Below, piece after piece: positions 17,861 through 27,530 of a stretch of DNA of 64,000 nt (the first letter of the stretch is position 1; each line of letters begins with the position of its first letter). Both the position numbers and the translations under genes were made by a program. Under the pieces are notes generated by a model that had not been told where the DNA came from, made no database searches, and saw only the letters and a program-made list of their open reading frames with translations. The DNA is from a virus. The DNA lies in IMG/VR virus record IMGVR_UViG_3300043434_000871, positions 3,347 through 67,346 of that record. One strand, given 5' to 3'.

Positions 17861-18032
17861 AATACTTTTGTCTTCTTTTCTTGCTGAATTTTGCTTTGAC
17901 CCCCGCCGGTGTTGTCCGGTGCCACTTTCCGCAGAACAGGCAGAAGTAAACGTCCTGCCCCGGAAACTTGGCTTCCGCTTCGCTTGGATAAGCTCGCTTG
18001 GTTAAACAACCGGCGATGTAGTCGTGCGGCAT
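17814..18032 (-). CDS. Small basic putative zinc-binding protein
   Basis: CLTKRAY...YFCLFCGKWH. Confidence 0.6.
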   Translation of the reverse strand: MPHDYIAGCLTKRAYPSEAEAKFPGQDVYFCLFCGKWHRTTPAGVKAKFSKKRRQKYYERRLHNRAHQLRAS

Positions 18033-18035
18033 GAC

Positions 18036-18200
18036 TCATTCCTCCTCTGCCTCCTCCGGATCGCAGCGGCAGTCTTCGCCGAAGCGGTCGCACTCACGGC
18101 ACCAGTATTCACCCGGATCGGAGCGGCGGCTCCAGTAGTCATCGGCGTCGGCCATGAGCGTATGGCCCTCGTCGTAATCCTGATCGGGATCGCTGGGCAT
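18036..18200 (-). CDS. Small acidic Cys-containing protein
   Basis: MPSDPDQDY...CREC...CRC. Confidence 0.5.
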   Translation of the reverse strand: MPSDPDQDYDEGHTLMADADDYWSRRSDPGEYWCRECDRFGEDCRCDPEEAEEE

Positions 18201-18202
18201 GG

Positions 18203-18478
18203 TTACTTTATCCTCCACACGCGGATGCGCGGTCTTTTGCGTTGGTCTTTCACGATGCGTGTGGCGAACTGCCACCCGAGCCGTTTGCCTGTCGTGTAGG
18301 CACAAGAGCGCAGGCCGTTGAATTTGCTTTGGTCGGTCGCCGGATAGAGAAACGACTCCCCGGCCTTCAACTCCAGGCACAAGAAGCTCATGGGATTCAG
18401 GTAGCGTTCTTGCTTGCCCGGTCTTTTGGCCGTGAGCGGCACGTCGTCGTCGATTGTGATGGTGTAGGTGCGTTTCAT
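18203..18478 (-). CDS. Small putative DNA-binding protein
   Basis: IDDDVPL...LKAGESF...FATR...IRVWR pattern. Confidence 0.65.
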   Translation of the reverse strand: MKRTYTITIDDDVPLTAKRPGKQERYLNPMSFLCLELKAGESFLYPATDQSKFNGLRSCAYTTGKRLGWQFATRIVKDQRKRPRIRVWRIK

Positions 18479-18561
18479 TTCGACTGTTTTTCCTGCATGG
18501 CAAGCCAAGCCCCGAAGCCGATAAGTCCGAGCCACGAGAAGACGAGACCGATAAAAGGCAT
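18475..18561 (-). CDS. 28-aa membrane peptide
   Basis: MPFIGLVFSWLGLIGFGAWLAMQEKQSK; overlaps both neighbours at start/stop. Confidence 0.5.
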   Translation of the reverse strand: MPFIGLVFSWLGLIGFGAWLAMQEKQSK

Positions 18562-18914
18562 CACTTCCATTGCCCCCGGTGGCAGAGCAGGCCGATGACG
18601 CCGTAGTTGGCGATGTCGAGCCAAGTGTCCTCGACCTTCTCGTGTTCAGGTGATTTGTCGTTCCACACGAGCGTCTTGAGGCGCTCGATCTTGTCGTTCA
18701 TGCGAACGACGATGCCTTTTTCTCCGAAGGCGGAGATGTTGCCGCTTCCGTAGTCGCGTTGCTTGGTGTCGAGGAGAACAGCAGCCCGGCAGAATTCTTG
18801 GAACGCCTTGCGTCCCATCGCGGTGGTGAGGCCGAGAGCATCGGCGGTTTTTTCGATGAGTGCCTCGGCATCGTAGAGGTCGAGTGGATTGTATGTATTT
18901 ATTACAGTATTCAT
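18561..18914 (-). CDS. DUF1599 / nucleotide-modification-associated domain 1 protein
   Basis: KQRDYG...VRMNDKIERL...EDTWLDIANY. Confidence 0.8.
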   Translation of the reverse strand: MNTVINTYNPLDLYDAEALIEKTADALGLTTAMGRKAFQEFCRAAVLLDTKQRDYGSGNISAFGEKGIVVRMNDKIERLKTLVWNDKSPEHEKVEDTWLDIANYGVIGLLCHRGQWK

Positions 18915-19017
18915 AGAGAGTGGTTGGGGCGATGAAGTCCCCGGAGGAGGAAGAAAGGCCGGCACACGCCGGGCGGACACCCACAGTCCACGTAAGACCT
19001 CCTCCGGGGGTAATTCA

Positions 19018-19227
19018 TCAGTAGGTTTTCTTGCGTTGCCAGACTTCGACGCGCCCGAGGTAGCCGCTGAAAGCGGTCTCTTTTCCGGCGCTCTCTGCAT
19101 CCGCCAACAAGCGGCGCAGCATTCCTTGTTCGCGCACACTGCTGCTGTAAGGGCCGGCCAGCGGCACGAACCCGTCACAGTGCAGTTCGGTTTCCTTGCG
19201 AAGGGGAAGAGTCTTATAGTCCGGCAT
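19018..19227 (-). CDS. Hypothetical protein
   Basis: TAATG coupling with the upstream gene. Confidence 0.5.
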   Translation of the reverse strand: MPDYKTLPLRKETELHCDGFVPLAGPYSSSVREQGMLRRLLADAESAGKETAFSGYLGRVEVWQRKKTY

Positions 19228-19979
19228 TACAATACGGCTTTGATTTCTTCCTGAGTGTCGTCGTCCACGAGCCCGGCGCTACGCAGGGTCGGTTGCCACC
19301 ACGAGTTCTTCTGGTCTTTCACCAAAACCGAGCCGAGTTGCCAGAACCCGCCGATCAATCCGGTCGCGGCCAAGTGCCCGCGCAACGCGCTCGCCATAGT
19401 GACGGCTACCGCGGAGAACGACGTGCTGCTCGCCGTGTAGATCACACGGGCATACTTGTGTTCGCCGAACGTGTAGAAGAAAAGCGCCTCGGCATCGGCA
19501 CTCAAGCCACTGTGCGCTTGAATGAAGAACTCGATGTGCGCGATTTCGGCAAAGTTGCCCTCACCGCGGCGACGGCTGACGATGCCTCCATTCTCCCGCA
19601 CCTCGGCAGCGGTGTTGAACACCCGCGTCGGCACCGAGTCACGAAGCTCGTAGGGCACATTCTCTTGATATTGCTTCGCCATTCGCGCTCCGATCACGAC
19701 GACCGGCTCGCCCTTCTCGCGATTGTCCTTCGAGAGGTCGCTAATCTGATGTTCCTTTTGTATCACCCAGCAACCTGGGACGAACGAGTTGGAGAGGTCG
19801 CCGGACTTGTTGACCAAGCTCAAGCGAGGCAGGCGGAGATCTTGGGTGGTCCACTCACCGACCAGACCTTTTTCTGGATCAGCGATGGTCGGCATGGCCA
19901 GGGTGGTTTCCGCTTTCACGACGATTTCTTGTGTCGGTGTTTCTTCTTTTACAGCGTCTTCGAATGTTACTTTTCCCAT
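19227..19979 (-). CDS. Putative ssDNA-binding protein
   Basis: DLRLPRLSLV and SWWQP motifs; position between nuclease and polymerase. Confidence 0.5.
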   Translation of the reverse strand: MGKVTFEDAVKEETPTQEIVVKAETTLAMPTIADPEKGLVGEWTTQDLRLPRLSLVNKSGDLSNSFVPGCWVIQKEHQISDLSKDNREKGEPVVVIGARMAKQYQENVPYELRDSVPTRVFNTAAEVRENGGIVSRRRGEGNFAEIAHIEFFIQAHSGLSADAEALFFYTFGEHKYARVIYTASSTSFSAVAVTMASALRGHLAATGLIGGFWQLGSVLVKDQKNSWWQPTLRSAGLVDDDTQEEIKAVL

Positions 19980-19996
19980 ATTATTTGTTTAGGTTA

Positions 19997-22420
19997 TTAC
20001 TTTTGTCTCTTGAGGTAGTGATAAGTCCCTTCGGACTTGGCCGCATTGGCATCCACCAAGGCGTCACGAAGTTGGTCTTTGGTTTTCGCCATCTCGCCTC
20101 GTTGGGCCGTGCGGGCGATGACTTTTTCCAGATCACCGATTTTTACTTCGGCGCAGGCGGCAAAGGCTTCCGGCGAGATCCGGCCCTTCACTACGTCCCA
20201 TGCGGCCTGGGCGTCGGTGATCTTGAACGGCAGCTTGCGCTCGGCCAGTTCCCATCCCGGAATCTCGATGCCCTCGTTAAGCCGCATCTCCAACGCACGG
20301 GCGTCTACCTTCTCGGCCCAAGATTTCATGATCGGCGCGGCTTTCTTGGCTAGCGCCATCATATTCGGATCGGTGATGTTGGCTGGGTCGTATTGCGCCG
20401 GTAGTGCCAATTCGTCGGCCTTGTATTGCGTGGCGATGGTGAGTGCCAAACTGGAGAGTTTCGGGCAACTGGCCTGCCGTCCGCACCAAGCGCAGTGTGC
20501 TCCGGTCAAATAAGTCGAGGGGTCATCCCGCCTCGCGGCTGCGATGATGGCGGTGGTTTGCGCGGAGAGACGTTCGTAGTCTTTTTCCCGAGACCACGTC
20601 TCTTGGTCAATGACCCCCCGAAAGGGTAATAAAACATGCACGGTTATTAATTCAATGTCCCGATGAGCATCCCACAATCCGACGGCATACGCCCAGAATT
20701 GAGGAGAGTCCGCGACGTATTCGCCCCATGCAAACTTGTAGTCGATCAACTCCGCCGACGCCCCATGCAGGATGATGTGGTCGATGTGTCCGAATTGGTC
20801 TTGGATTTGATACCGCTGCTCCCGAAGCTCCCGATGCGGACCGAGGCGTTTTCTTAATGCTGCCAGATACTTCAGACACATACCCGCCGCCTCGCGCAGC
20901 TTTGGATCGTCCGGCGGGATCACGTCGAGATTTTCTTTCTCCACGGCGAGGTGACCGAGAGTCCCCCGGTCGGCGGCGCTTTTGTCGCGGGTTTGATCGT
21001 TGCGGAATCCTGGGCATTTGGCTTTCTCCTTGAGTGATGAGGGGCTGTGCTCGCTGTGAGCTTTCTCCTCGGGTTGTGGGGTTATTACCTTGGTCACGGG
21101 TATTGAGACATCACCCCATTGACTTACGTTCAAACTTTTTTCTCCCGCGTTGAGAATTTTTACATTGTCCCGTTTTTCCGCCGTGAGTTTGAGGGCGGCT
21201 TGCTCGATCGTCCCCCCGGCGTAGAGCCTTATCGCCAACGCCCGAGACTTCGCACCCACGCGAGAGATTCGTCCAACAGCTTGCTCCTCGACAGTGCCAG
21301 AGAACTGGGGACAAAGCAGTGCAACTCGTGGAAAACGTCCGTCAAGATCGTGAAGGTCGATACTTTGTCCTCCCGCGGCGATTTGCACGATGACGATGCG
21401 GAGATCGTTGCTCTGGAAGCGGGCTTGGATGCCTCGGCGTTTTTCCGCCGGCACGCGCCCGTCGAGCACGCAGTCTTCCTCGAAGTGGATTCGCGCTGCG
21501 TCGATCGACTCATGGAAGTTGAGAAAGAGCACGACGGAGCCTCCCGCCTCGATGATTTCTTTGGCTCTCTCGACGAGGTAGGGGACTTTGACTTTTTCAA
21601 TAGCTTGGCGCTGGCGGAGGTTTTTGACGCCGCCCGGATCTTTAGGATCTGACATTTCTTCATAAAGTTCTTTGATCGCAGTGCGGTCCTTCGGGTTCAG
21701 CCACAGCGGTTCATCCTCGGTCATAAGCTCCGGCAACTGCTCCCGCAGCACCTCCTCGGTCACGCGGTATCCGCGGTTCGCGAATACCGAATGGTGCAGC
21801 CGATCCATCGCCGCCTTGTTCTGCGGCAGATGCGGGTTCCATTCGAGGCCACCCCATCGGGATTCCTCGGCCCCCATCTCGCGCACCCACTTCCAGAAAT
21901 ATCCACCCGAGAACAACCGCAGATTCACCCCGATCGCCTTCATGCGGAGAGGGGATTCCGCTGCCGTCGCCGAGAGCATCAGCACGTAGTGCTCCGCCGC
22001 TGCCTCCAGCATCTTGCCGTTCTGCGAATTGTAAGCGCCATACATATGCGCTTCGTCGAAGATCATCAGACACCGCTCGGGAAGATTCCACGCAAACTTT
22101 GCGGAGTTTGCCCGTTTATTCCCGCCGGGTAATCTCTTCAGCCAATCGGTGTTCCCTGCCCGCAGCTTCTCGGGATTCAGCACAAAGAGCGGCTCGACTC
22201 GAAAAGCCCGCAGCGTGCTTTCCCATTTCGAAACGACACTTTTCGGACATATAACGCACGTTTTTAGCGAAAATCGTGCAGCTACCGCGCTGGCGATCAC
22301 CGTCTTGCCGCCACCGCAACCCGTGCCATCAAGACTCGCGCCTACGGAATCGAGGATTTTCAGATGCCGCTCCACGGCGTCTTTTTGATATTGAAAAAGT
22401 TTGAACGCTTTGGTTATCAT
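19997..22420 (-). CDS. SF2 (SNF2-like) helicase fused to a Cas4-like/DUF2800 PD-(D/E)XK nuclease
   Basis: GGGKT, DEAH, SAT, QAVGRISR; then SPSSL...CPG, GTLGH, IDYK and CAWC...C. Confidence 0.85.
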   Translation of the reverse strand: MITKAFKLFQYQKDAVERHLKILDSVGASLDGTGCGGGKTVIASAVAARFSLKTCVICPKSVVSKWESTLRAFRVEPLFVLNPEKLRAGNTDWLKRLPGGNKRANSAKFAWNLPERCLMIFDEAHMYGAYNSQNGKMLEAAAEHYVLMLSATAAESPLRMKAIGVNLRLFSGGYFWKWVREMGAEESRWGGLEWNPHLPQNKAAMDRLHHSVFANRGYRVTEEVLREQLPELMTEDEPLWLNPKDRTAIKELYEEMSDPKDPGGVKNLRQRQAIEKVKVPYLVERAKEIIEAGGSVVLFLNFHESIDAARIHFEEDCVLDGRVPAEKRRGIQARFQSNDLRIVIVQIAAGGQSIDLHDLDGRFPRVALLCPQFSGTVEEQAVGRISRVGAKSRALAIRLYAGGTIEQAALKLTAEKRDNVKILNAGEKSLNVSQWGDVSIPVTKVITPQPEEKAHSEHSPSSLKEKAKCPGFRNDQTRDKSAADRGTLGHLAVEKENLDVIPPDDPKLREAAGMCLKYLAALRKRLGPHRELREQRYQIQDQFGHIDHIILHGASAELIDYKFAWGEYVADSPQFWAYAVGLWDAHRDIELITVHVLLPFRGVIDQETWSREKDYERLSAQTTAIIAAARRDDPSTYLTGAHCAWCGRQASCPKLSSLALTIATQYKADELALPAQYDPANITDPNMMALAKKAAPIMKSWAEKVDARALEMRLNEGIEIPGWELAERKLPFKITDAQAAWDVVKGRISPEAFAACAEVKIGDLEKVIARTAQRGEMAKTKDQLRDALVDANAAKSEGTYHYLKRQK

Positions 22421-22438
22421 TTATGTCTAATTGAGCGT

Positions 22439-22693
22439 ATGAAAATTATTAACTCACTTCTCGTAACTCTATTCCTCACGGCGGGCGCAGCCTTGGCCGG
22501 TGATCGCAACGGGTCGTTTTACATTATCGACCTCTCCAAACCCAACGGCATCACGTATGTCCAGCGTCAGGGCAACTACTTCTACTACAACTCCGATCAA
22601 CTAAACGCGGTGCAGGAACGTCCGGAACGTCGTAAGAAGAGCGCGGCAAGTCAGGCGTTGGATCGTCAACTGCTTGGAGATCTTGCGCCGTGA
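22439..22693 (+). CDS. Small secreted protein, antisense to the replication operon
   Basis: Signal peptide MKIINSLLVTLFLTAGAALA. Confidence 0.55.
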   Translation: MKIINSLLVTLFLTAGAALAGDRNGSFYIIDLSKPNGITYVQRQGNYFYYNSDQLNAVQERPERRKKSAASQALDRQLLGDLAP

Positions 22694-23012
22694 CGTAATC
22701 CGACCGGCGGACCAGTTCCAGCCAATCAGCGGCGAGCATCGTGACCAACCACGGCTCGCCGTTTTTCTTGTGCGCGACGACTGGGGTCTTTTCCCCGCAA
22801 TCGGCGATCGCCTGTTTGACCGCGTTGAGGACGTTGAGATTCTGAACGCCCTTCACTTCGAAATGGAACGAAGGCAGTTCAGGACAAACCACGTCGGCAT
22901 TCCCCGCAGCACCGCAATACTGTTGCCCCCGAAATGCCTTGAGAAATCCGGCCTCGCGGAGTTGATCCCGCCAAAGCCTTTCGACGCGCTTGCCCTTCTG
23001 TCGAGAGTTCAT
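22551..23012 (-). CDS. Holliday junction resolvase (Hjc-like PD-(D/E)XK)
   Basis: SRQKGKRVER, ADVV and HFEVK motifs. Confidence 0.8.
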   Translation of the reverse strand: MNSRQKGKRVERLWRDQLREAGFLKAFRGQQYCGAAGNADVVCPELPSFHFEVKGVQNLNVLNAVKQAIADCGEKTPVVAHKKNGEPWLVTMLAADWLELVRRSDYVTAQDLQAVDDPTPDLPRSSYDVPDVPAPRLVDRSCSRSSCPDAGHT

Positions 23013-23299
23013 GGCAGCGCACTACCCAACCGGCCTTGCGCCCAGCGCACGATTTCATCCTCGGCGTAAACGATCTTCTTCTCACCCAGTCGCACGTAGG
23101 GGAGTCCCTGCTTCCGCCAATAGGTCAGGCAGTTGCGATTGAGAGGTTTTCCGAAGATCTCACTCAGACGGGCGATCGCTTCGCCAGCACCGTAGACCGC
23201 TTTGCGTGGTTGCGCCGGTTCAGCGATTTCCAACCGCACCCGTCCTTCCGAAATCGGTGTCGCCTTAAACGAGGCGCACTCGATTGTCATCGTAGTCAT
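23009..23299 (-). CDS. Excisionase-like HTH protein
   Basis: LTYWRKQGLPYVRLGEKKIVY...IVRW. Confidence 0.65.
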   Translation of the reverse strand: MTTMTIECASFKATPISEGRVRLEIAEPAQPRKAVYGAGEAIARLSEIFGKPLNRNCLTYWRKQGLPYVRLGEKKIVYAEDEIVRWAQGRLGSALP

Positions 23300-23312
23300 G
23301 GTTATGGGGTTA

Positions 23313-23492
23313 TTATCCTAACCCAAAGTATTTACGCAACGCAGCACGGATCACGCTGCTCATCGAGCGTCCCGAACCTTCAGACTCTTTCTTCAAGCGG
23401 TCTTCCAGTTCGGGATCGCTGGCGAATGAGCGTATCAACTTCGGGTTGCGAAGATTAGTCAGTTTCTCCGTTAAGAGTTCCTCGGAATTCAT
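23313..23492 (-). CDS. Ribbon-helix-helix (CopG-like) regulator
   Basis: IRSFASDPELEDRLKKES...GRSMSSVIRAALRKY. Confidence 0.7.
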   Translation of the reverse strand: MNSEELLTEKLTNLRNPKLIRSFASDPELEDRLKKESEGSGRSMSSVIRAALRKYFGLG

Positions 23493-23634
23493 CTTGATCC
23501 CTACCATACAACTCCAACCCATCCATAACAAATAACTCGCAAAGTTTTTCTGGCGGGAGGTTGCAATAGTGAGCTGCTTCCAGCAGTTTTTTTTGGGTCA
23601 CGTCGTTGAGTGTGAGGTGCATGGGCTTGTTCAT
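23455..23634 (-). CDS. Small RHH-like protein (59 aa, below ORF-track cutoff)
   Basis: MHLTLNDVTQKKLLEAAHYCNLPPEKLCELFVMDGL. Confidence 0.5.
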   Translation of the reverse strand: MNKPMHLTLNDVTQKKLLEAAHYCNLPPEKLCELFVMDGLELYGRDQDEFRGTLNGETD

Positions 23635-23686
23635 ATGGGTGTTGTCTGTGTGGTTATGGTGTTATGTTAGTATGATCTGGAGGGGT

Positions 23687-23717
23687 AAAAAAAGCCGCGG
23701 GGGGTTGAACCCCGCGG
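23687..23717 (-). terminator. Rho-independent terminator
   Basis: CCGCGGGG/CCCCGCGG hairpin followed by a T run on the minus strand. Confidence 0.7.
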
Positions 23718-23724
23718 GAGCGTG

Positions 23725-24018
23725 CTACTCTTTACGCAACTTGGCGACCACGCGGGCCAACGCAGCTTGGGTTTCGCGATCGATCTCTTCCTCTGGGCGC
23801 GATGTTCTGTCGTCCGACAGTTTGGCTCTCAAAACGGCCGCGACCTTTTGCAGTTCGCCATTGGGGTCGTGCTTGGCGAGATACGACTCCGTTGCCTCGC
23901 GCAAGATCGCCGACATGTTCGAGTCTTTGGCCGCGGCCAGAATATCGAGAGCCTTGTGAGTAGTGACGCTCTCGACATAAGAGACCCGTTTGGTTCCTTC
24001 TTTCAGTTTGTTTGGCAT
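23725..24018 (-). CDS. Ribbon-helix-helix regulator (candidate repressor)
   Basis: RVSYVES...ALDILAAAKDSNMSAILREATESYL. Confidence 0.65.
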   Translation of the reverse strand: MPNKLKEGTKRVSYVESVTTHKALDILAAAKDSNMSAILREATESYLAKHDPNGELQKVAAVLRAKLSDDRTSRPEEEIDRETQAALARVVAKLRKE

Positions 24019-24073
24019 GTGTGTCCTTTCTTTCTTTGGTTATGGTGTTGTATGGGTTCTGAAATCGTAGCGT

Positions 24074-25285
24074 CTACCAAGTTATTAACTGCGTCAAATT
24101 GTTATTTTCCGCATATTTACGAACATATAGTGGATTTATATTAAACCACTCCTCGGCTGCACGTTTGCTCACCAGCGTCACATAGTGGGCGTTGAGCATT
24201 TTGATCGACGTGCCCCCCACGTAAGCCGTCACGCCGGGATTCTCGTGCAAGGCCAAGTGGTAGCTCAAAAACGAGTGCCGCAAGATGTTCTGCTTCCATG
24301 CAAGCCCCACCTGGGCCAGCCGTGACTTGTCCCGCGAGATCGCAGCGATTTTCCGGTGGCTGATGAGATGCCCCTTCTCCGGCATCTCGGCAATATCGAG
24401 CCAATCGCGCAGACAAACCGGCATGTGCAAATTGCGCGGCAGCGTCTTTTTCGCGATCACCCGGTCGATCTTGGCCGTCTGCTCCTCGCTGTCGAAATGC
24501 GCGCTTGTCATGCGCGCAAACTCCGCCCGCCGCGACCCGCCGAAAGCCATCGTCGCCACGTAGGGGATCTCGTGCGGTCGCAGCAGGATGAAAAGCCGGG
24601 CCAATTCCTCCGGTGTAAACACGGGGTAATTCATCTTCGGCAGCGACGGCAGCGTTACCGCCTCCGTCACCGTGTCGTAATCCCGCGGCAGATACCGCCG
24701 CTTCTTCGCGAAGTTTTCCAACGACCGGTAAAAATTCAGCAACTTCCGTTTCGTGTAAGGTGAGAACGACGACTCCAGCAACTTCATCTCGATCTCCTTC
24801 GCCGTGATTGAAGGCAGCGTCTTCGGGCCGAACCACGCTTTCAGCACCTTCGACTGCGTCGTCACCGTGTGTGTGTAAACCTTCGACAAGTTCTTTTGCG
24901 TCAGCACCGCTTTGTATTCCTCGCACACCTCGTTGAGAGTTTTCTTAGGTCCGCCGACCACATGGAACTTGCGGAAAAAATCACACACCTCGTGCAGCTT
25001 GTGCGGATACACGCTCCGCTCGCACTCGCGCAGATACACCAAATGCTGCGTATCCACCGTGGTTCGCTCACCGTCGGCCCGCGACAAATGACGCACCTTT
25101 TCCTTCGCCATCTCGATGGCTTCCGCCTTGTTCGACCGCGCCTTGCGGAAAAAGCGGTCACCGACCTTCCAGTTGACGCGGTAACCCGTGTAGCGTCCAT
25201 TACGAAACGGCGTCACGCGCACCCGCGAGCCGTCCAAGCTCACTTCCACGCAATCCTTCGTCTCCAAGATTTTAATTTCGCTCAT
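24074..25285 (-). CDS. int: Tyrosine recombinase / integrase
   Basis: GSRRAEF (R), NILRHSF, AHY catalytic Tyr; second His position appears replaced (YVGGTS). Confidence 0.85.
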   Translation of the reverse strand: MSEIKILETKDCVEVSLDGSRVRVTPFRNGRYTGYRVNWKVGDRFFRKARSNKAEAIEMAKEKVRHLSRADGERTTVDTQHLVYLRECERSVYPHKLHEVCDFFRKFHVVGGPKKTLNEVCEEYKAVLTQKNLSKVYTHTVTTQSKVLKAWFGPKTLPSITAKEIEMKLLESSFSPYTKRKLLNFYRSLENFAKKRRYLPRDYDTVTEAVTLPSLPKMNYPVFTPEELARLFILLRPHEIPYVATMAFGGSRRAEFARMTSAHFDSEEQTAKIDRVIAKKTLPRNLHMPVCLRDWLDIAEMPEKGHLISHRKIAAISRDKSRLAQVGLAWKQNILRHSFLSYHLALHENPGVTAYVGGTSIKMLNAHYVTLVSKRAAEEWFNINPLYVRKYAENNNLTQLITW

Positions 25286-25540
25286 GTATTTTGTGACAGA
25301 ATTGTGCCAAAAGCGTTCAAAATTTATCATAACCGTGCATAAAAGTAATACACCTAAAAGCCATAAGTCCTTGATTTACAGAGAAATACCGAAACAAAAA
25401 AATCTGAAAATCACCCCACGTTCAAGGAATTCGAACGAATGTGTCATAATTTGTAAGTCTCTTTTGGAGAGGGTTTTGGGGGTTATCAGATTTGGAGTGT
25501 GCCGTGGTTTGGCGAGGGTTGTGGCACAAAGAGGAGGAAG

Positions 25541-27319
25541 ATGGGTGTTTTGATCCTTGGTCCGGGGCAGCAGGCTCCGGCCGGTTACTTCCCTCGCTAC
25601 GGCGCGTGGTGGGCTCCGCACACGGCGGATTGGGCGATCGAGTTGTATTGCTTCCGCGGGCTTCAGACGCAGGGGATGGAGGTGCTTTCCCGCGAGCAGC
25701 ACTTCAAGAACGCGGCGCAGATGTTTTTCCACAAGAAGTCGGAGAACTTCATTTGGCACCCTTGGGCGATGGATATGCTTTACGAGTGCTGCCATCACAA
25801 GTTCGTCGGCTTTGCGGGGTGCGGCTCCTCCGGTAAATCGGAGTTTATGGCGATCTGGGCGCTTTTGAATTGGTTGGCCGCGCCGTTTCACACGCTTTCG
25901 CTGGTGACGAGCACCTCGATCCGCGATGCGAAGAAGCGGGTGTGGGGCGCGGTGCAGCGGTATTGGCCGTGCATCAAGTCCGTGGCTCCGGGCAAGTTGG
26001 CGGACACGCCGACGCCGGCGATTTACGTGATTCGCAACGGCGAGCGGATGGAGCAGGCGGGGGTGTATCTGATTCCGGCGGAGGCGAAGAAGACGGCGGA
26101 GGTGACGGGCAAGATGCGCGGCATGAAGGCGCATCGGGTGATCGTGGCGGCGGATGAGTTGAGTGAGCTAGGCCACGCTTTTCTCGACACGGCGCTTTCG
26201 AACTTGTCGAACAACCCGGAGCTTCGCATCTGTGCAGCGGCAAATCCGGTGAGCTACTACGATCCGTTTGGCCGGTTTGCCGAGCCGAAGGACGGGTGGG
26301 GGAGCATCACGGTCAACGACGAGCGGTGGGAGACGAAGATCGGCGGGGTTTGTTTGCACCTCGATGCGCTCAAGAACCCGAACTATCTGGCCGGAGAGAA
26401 CAAGTGGCCGATCCAGAAATGGGAAAAAATCGACGAGGCCCGCGAGCGGTTGGGTGAGGACAATCCGATCTTCTGGCGTGACTATCGGGGATTCTGGCCT
26501 CCGCAGGCGGTCAGTAAGGCGATCTACTCCGAGGCCGAGATCGTCCGGTTCCAGGCCGATCAAAAGCCCGTTTGGAAGGGCCGAGTCGAGCGGGTAGCCG
26601 GACTCGACCCTTCCTTTGTGAGCGGCGGAGACAGATGTGTGCTTTATCTCGGGAGCTTTGGCCAGAATAAAGACGGAGCCGATCAGGTTTCGTTCGATGA
26701 GTTCCACTTCCTCGACGAGGAGGCGAGCAACCCCGAGCCGAGGACGTTCCAGATCGCACGGAAGATTCAAGACATCATCGTGAAGGCGGGCGTTCCGTGG
26801 CGAAATGTCGGTGTCGACGTGACGGGCGGCGGGGTGCCGTTCTGCGATGCGCTGGCGACGGTGTGTGGCTCGAATGAATTTCAGCGCGTCCACTTCGGCG
26901 GAGCCCCGTCGAGCCGATCGCTCTCGGCTTACGATTCCACGCCGGCCGACGAGAAATATGTCAACAAGGTCACCGAGCTTTGGTTCGGGGCCAAAGAGTT
27001 CTTGGCGAGCGGACAGCTTCGCGGGATCGGTCCGGATCTGGCGCGGGAGATGACCGGCCGGAACTACGACACAAGGAAGTCCGGTTCGATGAAGGTCGTG
27101 GTGGAATCGAAGACCGACATGAAGGCCAGGATCGGTCGGTCGCCGGACGTGGCCGATGCCGCCTTTGTCATGTTGGATGTCGTCCGCGAGCGGTTCGGGA
27201 TGCGGCCTCCGCAAGAAGGCGGCAGCAATCGACGTGGTGGATTGACCCGTTGGAAGCAGACCATGACGACCGGCAAGTTTGCTCCGCGGCGCGCGCCCAG
27301 TTTGTTGACGAACGCCTAG
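25541..27319 (+). CDS. terL: Terminase large subunit
   Basis: GAGGAGG RBS; GSSGKS, VAADE, GLDP and SPDVADA motifs. Confidence 0.85.
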   Translation: MGVLILGPGQQAPAGYFPRYGAWWAPHTADWAIELYCFRGLQTQGMEVLSREQHFKNAAQMFFHKKSENFIWHPWAMDMLYECCHHKFVGFAGCGSSGKSEFMAIWALLNWLAAPFHTLSLVTSTSIRDAKKRVWGAVQRYWPCIKSVAPGKLADTPTPAIYVIRNGERMEQAGVYLIPAEAKKTAEVTGKMRGMKAHRVIVAADELSELGHAFLDTALSNLSNNPELRICAAANPVSYYDPFGRFAEPKDGWGSITVNDERWETKIGGVCLHLDALKNPNYLAGENKWPIQKWEKIDEARERLGEDNPIFWRDYRGFWPPQAVSKAIYSEAEIVRFQADQKPVWKGRVERVAGLDPSFVSGGDRCVLYLGSFGQNKDGADQVSFDEFHFLDEEASNPEPRTFQIARKIQDIIVKAGVPWRNVGVDVTGGGVPFCDALATVCGSNEFQRVHFGGAPSSRSLSAYDSTPADEKYVNKVTELWFGAKEFLASGQLRGIGPDLAREMTGRNYDTRKSGSMKVVVESKTDMKARIGRSPDVADAAFVMLDVVRERFGMRPPQEGGSNRRGGLTRWKQTMTTGKFAPRRAPSLLTNA

Positions 27320-27338
27320 TGCGCTATAATAACCCCAC

Positions 27339-27530
27339 ATGCCTAGCTACTTTTCAGATGGCAACGAACCCAAGCTGACCGATTCTGCGGATCGTTTGCT
27401 CCACAAGTTTGCCTCGTTGGCCCGCCAATGGGCCGGCGCTTCATCGTCCTATGAGCCGACGCCGAACGATTCGCGTCAGCGTGTCCTAAACAAAGCCGTT
27501 CAATCCTTACTCGTCAAAGCCAATGCCTAA
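27339..27530 (+). CDS. Small protein made of two copies of a putative anchor motif
   Basis: NEPKLTDSADRLLHK and YEPTPNDSRQRVLNK; TATAAT 8 nt before the ATG. Confidence 0.6.
   Translation: MPSYFSDGNEPKLTDSADRLLHKFASLARQWAGASSSYEPTPNDSRQRVLNKAVQSLLVKANA

Noticed and set aside
11626-18914. dCMP deaminase plus DUF1599 as a DNA hypermodification pathway
   Set aside because: No thymidylate synthase-like, kinase or base-transferase genes in the window.
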